DNA from: Candidatus Latescibacterota bacterium
GTDB lineage: Bacteria > Latescibacterota > UBA2968 > GCA-2709665
NCBI GenBank assembly: GCA_963662665.2
Contig: CAXXJS010000025.1
Coordinates: 1 to 64,000 of the forward strand
Reading direction: 5' to 3'
DNA: 64,000 bases
Within the stretch, counting starts at the first letter, position 1. Every line of letters starts with the position of its first letter. Position numbers and translations under genes: made by a program. Positions 8,503 to 18,916 of this stretch are shown here, one piece after another. The notes below the pieces were generated by a model, which was given only the letters and a program-made list of their open reading frames with translations, was not told the origin of the DNA and searched no databases.

Positions 8503-11500
8503 CTAAACAACCGGCCGGAACGCGGTCAACGTCCCCGCCGACGTGCCGCACACGATTCGATCGCCGTCTGCGCGAAGGTACGTCACTTCGCCGTCGACCC
8601 GATCTCCTGCGATCAAATTTCCCTTTTCGTCAAAGGTCCGGATTTCGCCCGTTACGAAACCCACCATGACCCTCAGCTGCCTGCCGCCGCCGACGGTCGT
8701 CAGCCACGTGATCTTGTCCACCAGGTCGCGCCGCCAGACGACGTTTCCATCGCCCGCGATGCAGACCAGTTGCCCCACGTCGCTACCCGCGATCACTTCG
8801 GGCCGTCCGTCGCCGTTCACGTCCGCAAGTGCGATATCCTCGACTTCGCCGCCCATATTCACTCGCCAGGTGAGGGCGCCCATCCTGCCGGGACGGCTGC
8901 TGTAGGTCCCCGGCCCCGTGAACTTGCCACTGCCGCCTAATCCGGTCTGGCCGAACAACTCCCCGCTCGACGCCGCGTTTACGGCCCGCCAGTCCCCGTA
9001 GACCACCTCTATTGACCCGTCGCCGTCCAGATCGGACGCAAGAATCGTCGGTGAGACACAGCCGGTGCTCCGCCGCCACCGCGCCGTCCCATCGGGGTTC
9101 AGGCAGTTGATCGTGTAGTACTCCGTGCCAACCAGCATCTCGTCCCGCCCGTCGCCGTCCAGGTCCACGGCCAGGCATCCGGTAATACAGTGGTAGTGGG
9201 TTTCCGTCTGCCACCTCAGCGCGCCATCCGCCTCGAACGCATGGAAAAGCCACCCCTCCGCGCCGGCCAGTATCTGCCTTCTGCCGTCGCCGTCCAGATC
9301 GGCAGTGGACAGGGTCGTCAACCGTTGCGGGCGCATCCCGCTTCCCGGCGGGAACTCGTGCTCCCAGCGTACATCGCCTCCGTCATTCAGGACGTGCATC
9401 CAGCAGTCTCGAGTACCGACGATCGCCTCCGACTCCCCGTCTCCATCGATATCCTCCAGATGCACGGCGCGCACCCCGCCCTTCGATCGGAACGACCATT
9501 TCTCGGCGCCGTCCCCGCCAAGCAGGCGAACGTCTCCGGCGTCCGTCCCGACCAGCGTGCCGCCCGATGCATCCGAGGCCGCCGCCGATACAGCCGCGCC
9601 GGCCTGTACGGACCACAACGGCGCCAGCCCGGCGCCGGGACCGGATGTCCCAACCTTGCGTGCGGCCCGTTCATGGCAGGGCGCCGCATCTCGCAACACC
9701 TGGTCGAAAACCGCCTCCACGGACGGCGAGACCTTCAGGCGGTGCCGGCCGGCAGGCAGCGAGAACCAGAGCAACTTCCCCTCCCCGCCGCCGGAAATCC
9801 GTTCGCCGTTCAGACGGACGGCGTCGGTGCGGATACCAATCCGGGTCTCGGTACGGGAATCGACAACTCCCACGCCACTGTCCAGGTCCATCTCAACCGA
9901 CACCGGCGCCCAACTTCTGAAAAGCGGGCCTTCCCACACGAGCGAGGTCCCCTCCACCAGCGCGAATCCGCTGCTGTCGATCCGGAACAGTTCCGCATCC
10001 ACGTGCAATTCCCCGGATGCGCAGGCCCCGACTCCGGCCATATACGCCTCGCCGGAACGCCTGTCCCGGACCAGTGCGACGGACGGGCCCACACGCTCCA
10101 GGTCGAATGCCTGGTCCATCTCCGAATTGGACGGATACAACAGGTTGACGAAGGCGGCCTGCTCACCGGTTTCCAATGTGAGCCGTTGCTTCTGGTGCCA
10201 CATCCGAACAGTTCCGTCGGCGTGTTCGTAGTTCTCCCAGTTGTTCTCCCAGTCCGGCGCAAAATCGGCCTCCCGGTCCGTCAGCGATTTCTCGGACCCG
10301 TCCGCGTTCACAACGTGGAAACACTCTCCGTCCTGTTCCAGGTCCAACCCGTTTTCGACCATGTCCACGTTACCGAGCACCCGCCAGATGGCGTCCAGGA
10401 GAAAGTCCCCCTGCTCGAGCGCGTTTACCGTATCGATCACCAGGAAATGCGACCCCTTCCGCCAGAAGATATTGCGCGCCCAATCCGCGCCATTGTCCCC
10501 GGGAGAAACGGTCTGGCTGTACCCCCAGTTCTCAAAATCACCGATCGCCCTGAGCGCCACCTGTCCCGGCTTCGAGAAGCACGTTCCGTCCTTAACAATT
10601 ACCACGGTATTGTGATATCTCGCAAGGCGGCGGATGTAGTCCAGGTCCGCCAGCCAGATCCGGTCGTTCCAGCAGAGGCGGATGATCGAGTTGCCGTCCT
10701 CCTGGGAATGGGAAAACCCTGTCGGGCCGTCGATCAGCAGGTATTCGCTACGCCTGTCGAAGGTTCGCCGAAACGCGAGCTTGTCGAATGCCTCGGCAAG
10801 GGGCACGTCCGACTCCAGCAGGGGATCGCCGTGGTACTGATCCGTATTTCTGGCGCGTTCCTTTGCAAACTCGTGCGCGGCCGCATCGAGCATGGATGCT
10901 CGTACCCCGAGCAATTCCACGGGCTCCACGGACGGCACGTCTTTGAAGAAGAACCCATCGTACACCTCCCATCCCCCGATCCCCCAGTTCCGGTCCCGCT
11001 GGAAGGAATCCTTCCACTCGTTTCCCTGCTCCATCCAGTCGTAAAGCCACCGGTAGCGCCCGTCATTGTAGAACCACGTGCCGATGGCGGCGGTCTGCAA
11101 TCCGCTCGGGCGGCTGGCGCGGGATGCCCGGTAGGCGCCCACGTCGCCGTACGAGCAGTCGTCGCCCCTGCTGTCGATGGTCAGCACGGCGCTGTCCAGC
11201 AGGCGGGCGAGATGGCCGTCTTCCAGGTACGAGAGATCGTCCGTCATCAACCCGTACTTGATCAGGTGCCCGGGCGTGATCCACACGTATCCGGTTCCCG
11301 CGTTGTCGTTCGGCTTGTACGACCTGGCATGCAGTTGCAGCGTCCGTTGCGCCAGCGGCAGCTTGTCGTCGAAATCCGTCAAGCCGTAGTACTTCTTGAA
11401 ATACCTCGCGCCGGTAAACAGACTCAGCGCGGCGAAGCTCTGATGGTTCTGGTTCTGGGCCACGTCGTCCACGGATTTGAACCGGAAGTGCGTCAGTTCG

Positions 11501-12378
11501 GCCGTCCACCGGATGATATTGTAGATCGCGTTCGTCATTTTCAGCCGGTCCGCGTCACTCAGCACGTCCCCTTCCTCCATCACGTCCCAGGCCGTCAGCA
11601 TGCGGTAGATCCAGAAGTAGAGATGCGTCCCCTGCGAGAGGCACCAGTCTCCGGCTTCGTGGGCCAGATCGATGAAATGCAGGAATTCCTCTCTGAAGAT
11701 CCGGCCCCAGGCGTCGTCGCCGGACAGATAGTAAAGCATCGCGTGATCCACCATGCGGCGAAGCGGACCCTGGCTGCCGGAAAGCGCCACCTGTTCGTTC
11801 ACCGTATCGATGATCTTCCCGGCCTCTGCCTCCGTCGGCGCCGATTCCGGGTTTTGCCGCGACACCGACCGGTTGATCCGTCCGATGCGCGATCCGTCTC
11901 TCTCCACGATTCCGAGGAACGCGCTCACCGCCCGCTCGACACCTTCGGGCGTGCTTCCGCCAAGCAGCACCGCGTTCCGGCCCGTCCCGAAGGGATTATG
12001 GACCGTTCTTACCTCGTACCCGTCCCCGCCGGGGTAGTACTCGTCCGTCCAGGCGTAGAAATTCATCCCCAGACGCCGGATCGCCCGGTTGGTGAAGACC
12101 TTTCCCGCCGCGACAATGTTCGCGTTTTCCCAGTCGCTATCGCCGACCTCCGAGTCGGGTTTTACTTCGGCAGCGTTTCCCAAAGCCTGTGCGATTCTAC
12201 GGCCGATTTCGACTCCGGCCTCGCCGTCGGGCGGCACAACCAGTACATCTCCGGACAGGTCCGTCTCGAGATGGAGATCCTTCAACGCCGGGATCTCCTT
12301 GTTCACGATCTCGATATCGTACGACTCCTGCCGCCGTCTTCTCGTGCTGCGACCTGATGTTTCGGCCATTTCTGTCAC
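8503..12378 (-). CDS. Giant heparinase II/III-like lyase-fold protein with C-terminal FG-GAP/PQQ-type beta-propeller (paralog 1)
   Basis: YPGGDGYEVRTVHNPFG N-domain, QNHQ, SHSQEDGNSI, HNT, repeated DLDGDG blades; no signal peptide. Confidence 0.7.
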   Translation of the reverse strand: MTEMAETSGRSTRRRRQESYDIEIVNKEIPALKDLHLETDLSGDVLVVPPDGEAGVEIGRRIAQALGNAAEVKPDSEVGDSDWENANIVAAGKVFTNRAIRRLGMNFYAWTDEYYPGGDGYEVRTVHNPFGTGRNAVLLGGSTPEGVERAVSAFLGIVERDGSRIGRINRSVSRQNPESAPTEAEAGKIIDTVNEQVALSGSQGPLRRMVDHAMLYYLSGDDAWGRIFREEFLHFIDLAHEAGDWCLSQGTHLYFWIYRMLTAWDVMEEGDVLSDADRLKMTNAIYNIIRWTAELTHFRFKSVDDVAQNQNHQSFAALSLFTGARYFKKYYGLTDFDDKLPLAQRTLQLHARSYKPNDNAGTGYVWITPGHLIKYGLMTDDLSYLEDGHLARLLDSAVLTIDSRGDDCSYGDVGAYRASRASRPSGLQTAAIGTWFYNDGRYRWLYDWMEQGNEWKDSFQRDRNWGIGGWEVYDGFFFKDVPSVEPVELLGVRASMLDAAAHEFAKERARNTDQYHGDPLLESDVPLAEAFDKLAFRRTFDRRSEYLLIDGPTGFSHSQEDGNSIIRLCWNDRIWLADLDYIRRLARYHNTVVIVKDGTCFSKPGQVALRAIGDFENWGYSQTVSPGDNGADWARNIFWRKGSHFLVIDTVNALEQGDFLLDAIWRVLGNVDMVENGLDLEQDGECFHVVNADGSEKSLTDREADFAPDWENNWENYEHADGTVRMWHQKQRLTLETGEQAAFVNLLYPSNSEMDQAFDLERVGPSVALVRDRRSGEAYMAGVGACASGELHVDAELFRIDSSGFALVEGTSLVWEGPLFRSWAPVSVEMDLDSGVGVVDSRTETRIGIRTDAVRLNGERISGGGEGKLLWFSLPAGRHRLKVSPSVEAVFDQVLRDAAPCHERAARKVGTSGPGAGLAPLWSVQAGAAVSAAASDASGGTLVGTDAGDVRLLGGDGAEKWSFRSKGGVRAVHLEDIDGDGESEAIVGTRDCWMHVLNDGGDVRWEHEFPPGSGMRPQRLTTLSTADLDGDGRRQILAGAEGWLFHAFEADGALRWQTETHYHCITGCLAVDLDGDGRDEMLVGTEYYTINCLNPDGTARWRRSTGCVSPTILASDLDGDGSIEVVYGDWRAVNAASSGELFGQTGLGGSGKFTGPGTYSSRPGRMGALTWRVNMGGEVEDIALADVNGDGRPEVIAGSDVGQLVCIAGDGNVVWRRDLVDKITWLTTVGGGRQLRVMVGFVTGEIRTFDEKGNLIAGDRVDGEVTYLRADGDRIVCGTSAGTLTAFRPVV

Positions 12379-12420
12379 CTCATGTCAAAACTTACCGCGA
12401 ACCGACATCGTTCGAACGGC

Positions 12421-14826
12421 TTACCGAGATTCAATTAGCGTGCCAGCCGCCACGAACGTCTCCTTCACCTCGCCCCCTGCGTCGAAGGTTGCGGCGCCGA
12501 CCTCGCCGTCGGTCCTGAGGCCCGCCCCTTCCAGGACGCTGCCGCCCGACGGCTGCAGGAGTACGCCCGCGCTGCCTTCCGCCAGGGGAATCGTGACCGC
12601 GTACCCGCCGTCGATCTCCACCAGTTCCGCCTCGCCGATCAACGTGTCCGCGGACCGGTGGGGCCTGAGAAGCGTCACGAATGTACGTTCACGGGCGGGC
12701 GCGGAGGGCGTTGCCGTCAGATGATATTCCACCAGTTTGATACGTGCCCGTGGCGGCGGTTCGAACCGGTCGGTCTGGCTGAGCGCCAGGTTGTCCGGCC
12801 AAAGGAATGACACCTGGCAACCCGCGGCGCCATTGACGACCCGCATATCTCGCTGGTTCCGGATGTCCATCTCCACGGGCGCGTGCAACCGCCACTCGAA
12901 GCTCGCGGGCTCTGGCGCGCGCACCGTATCGAATATGAGGATTGCTTCCGGTTTAACGAACAGGATGCGCCGGGTGAACCGCTCCAGTTTGCCCGCGTAG
13001 GCGCGCGACGCCTCGCCGGAAACGTAATCGAATGTCTCCGCGGTGTGGAACTCCAGGATTTTCCCGAGCGCATCGCTTGAGTTTGGCAACTGCCCTTCGC
13101 CGTTGACGGTAATGCAGTTCACCGACTTCGTATGGTGCATCCAGCGCCTGTGATGCTCGCTGCCGTGGATGTCCCGCCTGCCCGTTCGAATCAGCAGCCG
13201 TTCTCCGAAAGCGTAGAGGAGGAAGGCATTCTGGGCTTCGTACCCGTGGCTGTGGGACCCGAGCGGACTGCTTTTGAAGATCAGCTCCACGTTGTTACGG
13301 GCATCTTCCAGATCGGTATTGAACACGGTCTGGCCCGTACCCCGGAAGCATCGCGAGGTGGGCAGGTCAAACGGTCGCTTCGCCTCCACCCGGGGCAGGG
13401 CGCCCCTGACGAAGCCGACGTAACCGGGCTCGGAAGGCAACTCACCATGCGCCTCGACGTACCACTGCCAGTAGGGATTCTGTGCCATTGCCGCGAAGAG
13501 CGACATCACGCCGCGGTTCTGTGCGGATACGAGGTGAGCCGTCAGATCGCCGAAACCGCCTCCCCGGGTACCTGGAGGCTGGAGGTACATCGGATAATAG
13601 CCGACCTTTGAGAAATAGGGCTTATCGAAAGCGTCGACACCCATCGCCTCGCGCATAATGTCCGCCCACCAGGTAAACCGCTGGATGTAACTCCGCCAGT
13701 AGCCCATGCCCTGGTGCCAGCCCCCGTCGTCATCGCTCCAGACCGGGTACGTGTTGGCGAACACGTTTGCAGCGAACCACACCCAGTCCGCCGCCTCCGG
13801 AATCTCGTCCAGGAACGCGATGCCCGCCTCCCCCAGAAAGTGCCAGGACCGCGTATCGTGACTCCCGTAAGGACGCCAGAGGAAGCGTGGATTCAGATGC
13901 GCGTCCATTTCCCTGCCCCGGATCGTCATCACCTGCCGGCACTTTTCCCGCTCAGCTTCCGTCAGCAGATCGTTGAGGTAGCTGTACGTCCGGGAGAAAT
14001 AGTACGCGTAGGGCATCCCGGCTTCGTCGTTATACTTGAAACCCGTCGCCCCTTTCGGGTCCCATTCGGCACAGGCCATCAGGATCTTCCGGGCGAGTTG
14101 TCCGTACTCCTGGCGCCCGCCCAGCAGCCGGGTAAAGGCGAGTGTCGCCGCGCCGTTCAGAGCAGCGATCGTGTATTCCCGGTTCGGCCACCAGATGGCC
14201 CGCCACTCTTCGCTCAACCGTACCGTCCCCTCCGGGTAGAGCGGGGGCTCTTCGGTGGGCGGCGGATTCTCGAGCAGCTTCTCCGAGGCGGCGACGAGTT
14301 CCTCGTATTTGTGCGCCAGGTCCGTTTTCGCTCTCTCGCGGAGTCCCGGCATCTGTTCCGGCCGTACGAACAGCCTTGGATGGCGCTGTGGAATTCGCGC
14401 CAGGAGGTCGTCTCGCGAGGGAAGCGGAAGGGCGTTTGCATCCGTTGCAATTGTAAACATCCGCACGATGCTCCACTCGGACGTCTCTCCGGCCCGATTG
14501 GTAAATCGGAATCGCCAGTACCATCGGCCCTCCGGCAGAGTACGGGACGGACAATGGACGTTGAACGTAACGCCGCGCGCCTCGTACTTCACGTCCTCGA
14601 AGTTGCTATCTGCCGCGCACTGAAGGTGGTAACTTGCGGCGTCCTTCTGCGGCCGCCAGGAAAACCCGGGAGGGGTCACCTGTGAAACGCTCCCTTCCGC
14701 GGGTCGAAAGCCCCATTCGCCGGGCCGCGCCGGCGTCTCGTCGAGTTCGAGCTGCCGGGCCAAGGCTCTCCCGGTTGCCGCCAACAGCAGTGAAACCGCC
14801 GCAACAAAGACCAGAATCCCAATCAT
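12421..14826 (-). CDS. DUF4962 + heparinase II/III family polysaccharide lyase-like protein, secreted
   Basis: PPGFSWRP N-domain, HPRLFV, YNDEAGM, DDDGGWHQGMGY, FKSSPLGSHSHGY. Signal peptide from ATG 14826 after AAAGGAG. Confidence 0.8.
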   Translation of the reverse strand: MIGILVFVAAVSLLLAATGRALARQLELDETPARPGEWGFRPAEGSVSQVTPPGFSWRPQKDAASYHLQCAADSNFEDVKYEARGVTFNVHCPSRTLPEGRWYWRFRFTNRAGETSEWSIVRMFTIATDANALPLPSRDDLLARIPQRHPRLFVRPEQMPGLRERAKTDLAHKYEELVAASEKLLENPPPTEEPPLYPEGTVRLSEEWRAIWWPNREYTIAALNGAATLAFTRLLGGRQEYGQLARKILMACAEWDPKGATGFKYNDEAGMPYAYYFSRTYSYLNDLLTEAEREKCRQVMTIRGREMDAHLNPRFLWRPYGSHDTRSWHFLGEAGIAFLDEIPEAADWVWFAANVFANTYPVWSDDDGGWHQGMGYWRSYIQRFTWWADIMREAMGVDAFDKPYFSKVGYYPMYLQPPGTRGGGFGDLTAHLVSAQNRGVMSLFAAMAQNPYWQWYVEAHGELPSEPGYVGFVRGALPRVEAKRPFDLPTSRCFRGTGQTVFNTDLEDARNNVELIFKSSPLGSHSHGYEAQNAFLLYAFGERLLIRTGRRDIHGSEHHRRWMHHTKSVNCITVNGEGQLPNSSDALGKILEFHTAETFDYVSGEASRAYAGKLERFTRRILFVKPEAILIFDTVRAPEPASFEWRLHAPVEMDIRNQRDMRVVNGAAGCQVSFLWPDNLALSQTDRFEPPPRARIKLVEYHLTATPSAPARERTFVTLLRPHRSADTLIGEAELVEIDGGYAVTIPLAEGSAGVLLQPSGGSVLEGAGLRTDGEVGAATFDAGGEVKETFVAAGTLIESR

Positions 14827-14903
14827 CCTGTAACTCCTTTCGAGCCGCTTTGCAGATGCGCTCGTGGCAGGCATTTCGTCTTCGGCCGACCTCTGGACTA
14901 AAA

Positions 14904-15133
14904 TCTCTCCCTACCCCCTAACTTCCCTATTCCCTTGCCACATTGTTTGCGTAGGGCGCCCCTTATGGTCGCCCGCCCTTGACGTTGTTTCCGGATTTTC
15001 TTGTGTCTCCGTATTAGGCCGGTTTTCCTGGTTTTCTCCCGGTCTCTCCTTGGGAGAGGGGGTTGGGGGGTGCGGGTCTCCGCACATCGCTGATTGGTAT
15101 CGCCAGTCCTTATCGCTTACCGGTTTTGGCTGA
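14904..15133. repeat. Composite REP-like element, copy A (C-rich block + GTAG hairpin + GTGTCTCCGT block + CTCTCC/GGAGAG hairpin)
   Basis: GTAGGGCGCCCCTTATGGTCGCCC at 14951-14974. 14950-15133 aligns with 15719-15912, and 14904-14939 resembles 19267-19303. Confidence 0.8.
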
Positions 15134-15338
15134 CCGCCGAGAGCTAGCCTTGATTCGTAATTCTTCGGGGAAGTGAAACCGAATATATGCAAGTAGATAA
15201 AGGCGATTTGACTTCGGATTACCAGGATACACCAGGTCACTGGACGTGAACTGAAAAAACGTCCTTTTGGACGACCATTACGCCCCGTTTCAGGGATTTT
15301 CGTCGCGTCGCCGAGTTGCTGTTTTTTTCGCATTGGAG

Positions 15339-15578
15339 CTAATGGCTGATCGCTGATTCCTGAGTCGCCCAATTCATCTGCAATTTTCGTTTATGGACCG
15401 CGCAATCGCGAAGGTAGAGATTGATCAGGGTCTGGTACGGTATCCCTGCTTCCGCCGCCATATCCTTGAACCAGGAGACCGTATCCCGATCCAGCCGCAT
15501 GGTGACTGGCTGCTTCAGGTACTTGATGTAGGGATTCTTGCGTCCCTTCATCTCTGAGAAATCATAATGGTCTCTCAT
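15339..15578 (-). CDS. brnA: BrnA-family antitoxin
   Basis: MRDHYDFS...KQPVTMRLD...FK...GIPYQTLINLYL ribbon-helix-helix pattern; GGAGGAG RBS; TGATG coupling to the upstream brnT remnant. Confidence 0.85.
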   Translation of the reverse strand: MRDHYDFSEMKGRKNPYIKYLKQPVTMRLDRDTVSWFKDMAAEAGIPYQTLINLYLRDCAVHKRKLQMNWATQESAISH

Positions 15579-15718
15579 CAGCGTCTCCTCCAGTAGTCAA
15601 GTTCTTCGGTCTTGTTGACCTTTCGAGCGGAGATGATGCGCACGACGGATTCACTCTCTCGAAAGCAATGGCAGACAACCAGCACGCGCAGTTTGAAGCT
15701 CATTCCCAGAAGCAGGAA
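15578..15718 (-). pseudogene. brnT: 5'-truncated BrnT toxin (C-terminal half only)
   Basis: Own translation FLLLGMSFKLRVLVVCHCFRESESVVRIISARKVNKTEELDYWRRR*, with the RIISAR hallmark. The N-terminal FEWD/KHG half is absent and the homology stops at a REP. Confidence 0.8.
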
Positions 15719-15912
15719 CGTCGGGGCGACTCTTGTGGTCGCCCGCCTTTGCCGTTGTTTCCGGACTTTCTCTGTGTCTTCGTGTCTCCGTGTGACGCCG
15801 GTTTTCCAGGTTTTCTCCCCCTCTCCCCTTGGGAGAGGGTGCTGGGGGGTGAGGGTCTCCGGATATCGCAGATTGACTTCGGCAGGCCGTATCGCTGACC
15901 TGGTTTGGCTGA
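15719..15912. repeat. Composite REP-like element, copy B
   Basis: CGTCGGGGCGACTCTTGTGGTCGCCC...CCCCTCTCCCCTTGGGAGAGGG...; direct repeat of 14950-15133. Confidence 0.8.
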
Positions 15913-15932
15913 ATACTGATCGCTGCTTTTCC

Positions 15933-16985
15933 TCATCTGTTATATTTCGGGTTCGTCACCGACAGAGAGGTGTCTTCCAGCGGCAATTCGACCCTGGCGC
16001 CGCCCTCGCGGTGGGAAACATGGAAAGCCAGCGCTATTTCCAGCGCCTTTCGTCCGTCCTCGCCCGTGCAGGAAGGCGCGCTTCCCGTGTCGATGCAGGT
16101 TACCAGGTCCTCGATCGCCTTGACAACGCCGCTCCTGGCTTCGATGTTCTGGGGGATCTTCCTCCCGATCAGGGCGCGTCCCTCGTAAAGGCCTTCCTCC
16201 ACGGTCCAGAGCTCGTCCACGTGATATCCGATGCGGATCCTCCCTCCGGTTCCCACCAGATCGAACTCGAATCCCACCGGACTTCCTTCGACCGCGTTCA
16301 CGAAGGCGTGCATCCCCTTTTTGAACCGGATATACCCGCTGCCACCCGGATCGTCGGCCGGATCCCGTCCCCCGTCCAGTTGCCCGAACACCCAGGCCGC
16401 GTCGTCGCCCGACCAGAACCGCATCAGGTCGAACATGTGGGTTCCCTCGTGCACCAGTTCGGGGCCCATATTGCCGCCGATGCTGATCAACTCGCCGATC
16501 GTACCCTCGGCAACCAGTTCTTTCACGCGGACCATCAGGGGGTCCCACCGGTTGTGATAGAGGACGGACAGCACGGTTTCCGATTCATTACACGCGTCGA
16601 TCATCCGGTCCGCGTCTCGCAGGCTGGTGGCCATCGCCTTCTCGCACAGGACAGCCTTCGCGCCTGCTTCGGCGGCCGCCACCGTCATCTCGGCGTGCAG
16701 GTTCGCGTGCGTGGCAACGCTGACGATGTCCAGCGATTCCGCCGCCAGCATCTCGCGATAGTCGTAGTAGAGACGCTGGACACCCCACCGGGCCGAAAAA
16801 TCGACCAGCCGGTCCTGGTTGATGTCGGCGACTGCAACCACCTCCGTCCGCTCCACCTGACCGTATGCGGCCGCCAGCACCGACGGCTGGGGGACCCGGC
16901 CCGGCTTCTTCTGCTTTTCGTCGTCCATCGTACTGGCCATGCGACCGCAGCCGATGATTCCCACGCGATAGGTCGCTTCGCTCAA
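15933..16985 (-). CDS. Gfo/Idh/MocA family oxidoreductase
   Basis: VGIIGCG, CEKAM, HEGTHMFD. Likely TTG start at 16985 after GAGG; the longer ORF overlaps the upstream gene. Confidence 0.85.
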   Translation of the reverse strand: MSEATYRVGIIGCGRMASTMDDEKQKKPGRVPQPSVLAAAYGQVERTEVVAVADINQDRLVDFSARWGVQRLYYDYREMLAAESLDIVSVATHANLHAEMTVAAAEAGAKAVLCEKAMATSLRDADRMIDACNESETVLSVLYHNRWDPLMVRVKELVAEGTIGELISIGGNMGPELVHEGTHMFDLMRFWSGDDAAWVFGQLDGGRDPADDPGGSGYIRFKKGMHAFVNAVEGSPVGFEFDLVGTGGRIRIGYHVDELWTVEEGLYEGRALIGRKIPQNIEARSGVVKAIEDLVTCIDTGSAPSCTGEDGRKALEIALAFHVSHREGGARVELPLEDTSLSVTNPKYNR

Positions 16986-17005
16986 GTTTGTGCCCGCCTC
17001 AGCAG

Positions 17006-17977
17006 TTACATCACCCGGCATTCCAGCTCCGTCGCCATTGCCGCCGCCGGCGTATGATGGTGGTCCATCGGGGGAGTTGTCAGGTAGTGGACATACAGGA
17101 TCCCGGGTTTCTCCAGGGACGGAAATAGCGTCCGGAAGCGCCCATTGGCTTCGACCTCGTAGCGGACGGCATCCTTCCCGGACCACGCGCCCACCGCCGC
17201 GACGTCCACCGTCGCCGCATTGTCCGTTACCACGGCCCAACTCGTACCCTCACCGTCGGACCTTTGACGTGCTCCAAACGCGGAAACAAGGGGCCCATCC
17301 GGCAGGGTGAAGGTGTTTTCGACGACAACTGTCGCAATTTGCGACACATCTCCCGACACAATCTCGTGTTCCGCCTTGAACCAGGAAACCCCCGAATAAA
17401 AGGTCAGATACGCGACAAACTCGTACCCACCGCCATAGGTCCCATCCACACGCAGACGCGCCGACCTGGGACCCCGCGTCTCGACGTCGATCCGGACCTC
17501 GCCGGACGGAAACAGGATCCTGCCGTCCTTGCGGAGGAGCGCCGGCCCGGGCGATCCGGGACCGTGAAACGCCTTGCCGTCGAAAATGACGTTTTCCACG
17601 AAGTTGAAACGCCACTTCCGGACCTGGTAAATCACGGGCCCCTGTTGCACTTCGATAGGGTCTTTGCGATCACGGACCCTGATGGGATTCGGCTGCGGCG
17701 GGGGAGGCGGCGTCCCATCTCCGTATTCGAACGCGAGGACCTCCTCGCCTCCCGCGGGCAGCCGCGCGGTAAACGAGACCTCCGCGGTCCTCACGCTGCC
17801 GTCCTCCCAGGTCTCCAGCGCGTCCACCTGCACGGGCCGCGGTTCGCCGCCTGCATCCAGCATTCGTGCGGGACAACGCTCCGCGAACTCGCCGGACTCA
17901 AAGCCCAGGGTAACCGCGCAAGGGAAATTTCTCCTGTTAAAACCGTCCCTCTCGGAAACGCGGATCTGTTTGCGCAT
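17006..17977 (-). CDS. Hypothetical protein resembling the N-terminal beta domains of YetA/exo-rhamnogalacturonan-lyase-like proteins
   Basis: PVQVDALETWEDGSVR motif and VETRGPRSARLRVDG beta-sandwich pattern; ATG 17977 after GGGAGG. No catalytic barrel follows. Confidence 0.5.
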   Translation of the reverse strand: MRKQIRVSERDGFNRRNFPCAVTLGFESGEFAERCPARMLDAGGEPRPVQVDALETWEDGSVRTAEVSFTARLPAGGEEVLAFEYGDGTPPPPPQPNPIRVRDRKDPIEVQQGPVIYQVRKWRFNFVENVIFDGKAFHGPGSPGPALLRKDGRILFPSGEVRIDVETRGPRSARLRVDGTYGGGYEFVAYLTFYSGVSWFKAEHEIVSGDVSQIATVVVENTFTLPDGPLVSAFGARQRSDGEGTSWAVVTDNAATVDVAAVGAWSGKDAVRYEVEANGRFRTLFPSLEKPGILYVHYLTTPPMDHHHTPAAAMATELECRVM

Positions 17978-18064
17978 TCCGGCACCTCCCGAAATCGCCG
18001 CCATCCTCCGTATCCTGTCCCGGAAGGGCGCCAACATTCGGCAATCTGTTGCCGGGATGGAACA

Positions 18065-18835
18065 CTATTGCAAACCGAGTTCCACCCACTTTGAGGCCAT
18101 GCGGCGGATGCGAGGCCTTTTGCTTTCGAGGAAGTCGTCGGTGAAAGCCCGGCCAGGCTGGCTGTACTGGAACCGCGCCATCAGATCGATCAGGACGCGG
18201 TGGTTTTTTTCCATCATCTCAACGTGTTCGGGCTTCGTGGCTTTGGGGACGAAATTTACCGCCAGGTGACGTCGTCCCGCCGCTCCGCCGTAGGCCGCAT
18301 GCCAGATGTTCATGTTCAGAAACAGTACGTCGCCCGGTTTGGACTCCAGAAAGTAGCACGGTACGTCCGCTCCGGGCACGCCCAGTTTCTCAATGGGCCT
18401 CAGCGCCTCGTGAAACGGCAGGCGGTGCGATCCGGGAATCACACGCAGGCAACCAGTGCTTTTCATAAGGACATCCAGATAGAGCGAGACCTTCATCGGC
18501 GGAAAGTTCAGCCGGCTTCCGTCCGGATGCCATTCCGTTGCGCCCACGTACAGATTGCCCTCGGAGCAGAGCCAGTGAAACCCCCGCCCCAGCAGGCGTT
18601 CCACGGTTGTATAGATGCGGTCGTCCGCGGCGAGTTCCGTCAGCAGAGGATGGCGCTCCGCGATTCCATAGAGCGCCTGCCGTGTCTCGCCTCGAAAAGG
18701 CTGGCCCTCGCGGTCTTTCTCAAGCATGTCGTCGAAAGTTCGGCTGATCGTGTCCATCTCCTCCGGGCTGAACGCTTCGCGCAGCGGAAGAAAGCCGAAT
18801 GTCCTGAAGAATTCGACCTGTTGATCGCTAATCAT
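18065..18835 (-). CDS. Phytanoyl-CoA dioxygenase (PhyH) family protein
   Basis: FFRTFGFL, WHPD, GCLRVIPGSH, distal WHA...RR. Confidence 0.9.
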   Translation of the reverse strand: MISDQQVEFFRTFGFLPLREAFSPEEMDTISRTFDDMLEKDREGQPFRGETRQALYGIAERHPLLTELAADDRIYTTVERLLGRGFHWLCSEGNLYVGATEWHPDGSRLNFPPMKVSLYLDVLMKSTGCLRVIPGSHRLPFHEALRPIEKLGVPGADVPCYFLESKPGDVLFLNMNIWHAAYGGAAGRRHLAVNFVPKATKPEHVEMMEKNHRVLIDLMARFQYSQPGRAFTDDFLESKRPRIRRMASKWVELGLQ

Positions 18836-18916
18836 ACCCGCCCCTTTCGCTGTGTGGAACGCCTATCCCTTTGATCCGATGAGGTGTACCCATGCAGCCG
18901 GCGCCGTGCGCGCGGC

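Noticed and set aside
9190-12357. 1055 aa plus-strand ORF, and similar long ORFs at 1641-3545, 28179-30545, 33430-36003, 52323-54800 and 58655-61042
   Set aside because: Antisense shadows of well-supported minus-strand genes in high-GC DNA; composition is R/P/V/H-rich with no family motifs.
14911-15372. 153 aa ORF, plus 15612-17057, 15700-15936 and 18892-19671
   Set aside because: They are translations of repeat elements or antisense to real genes.
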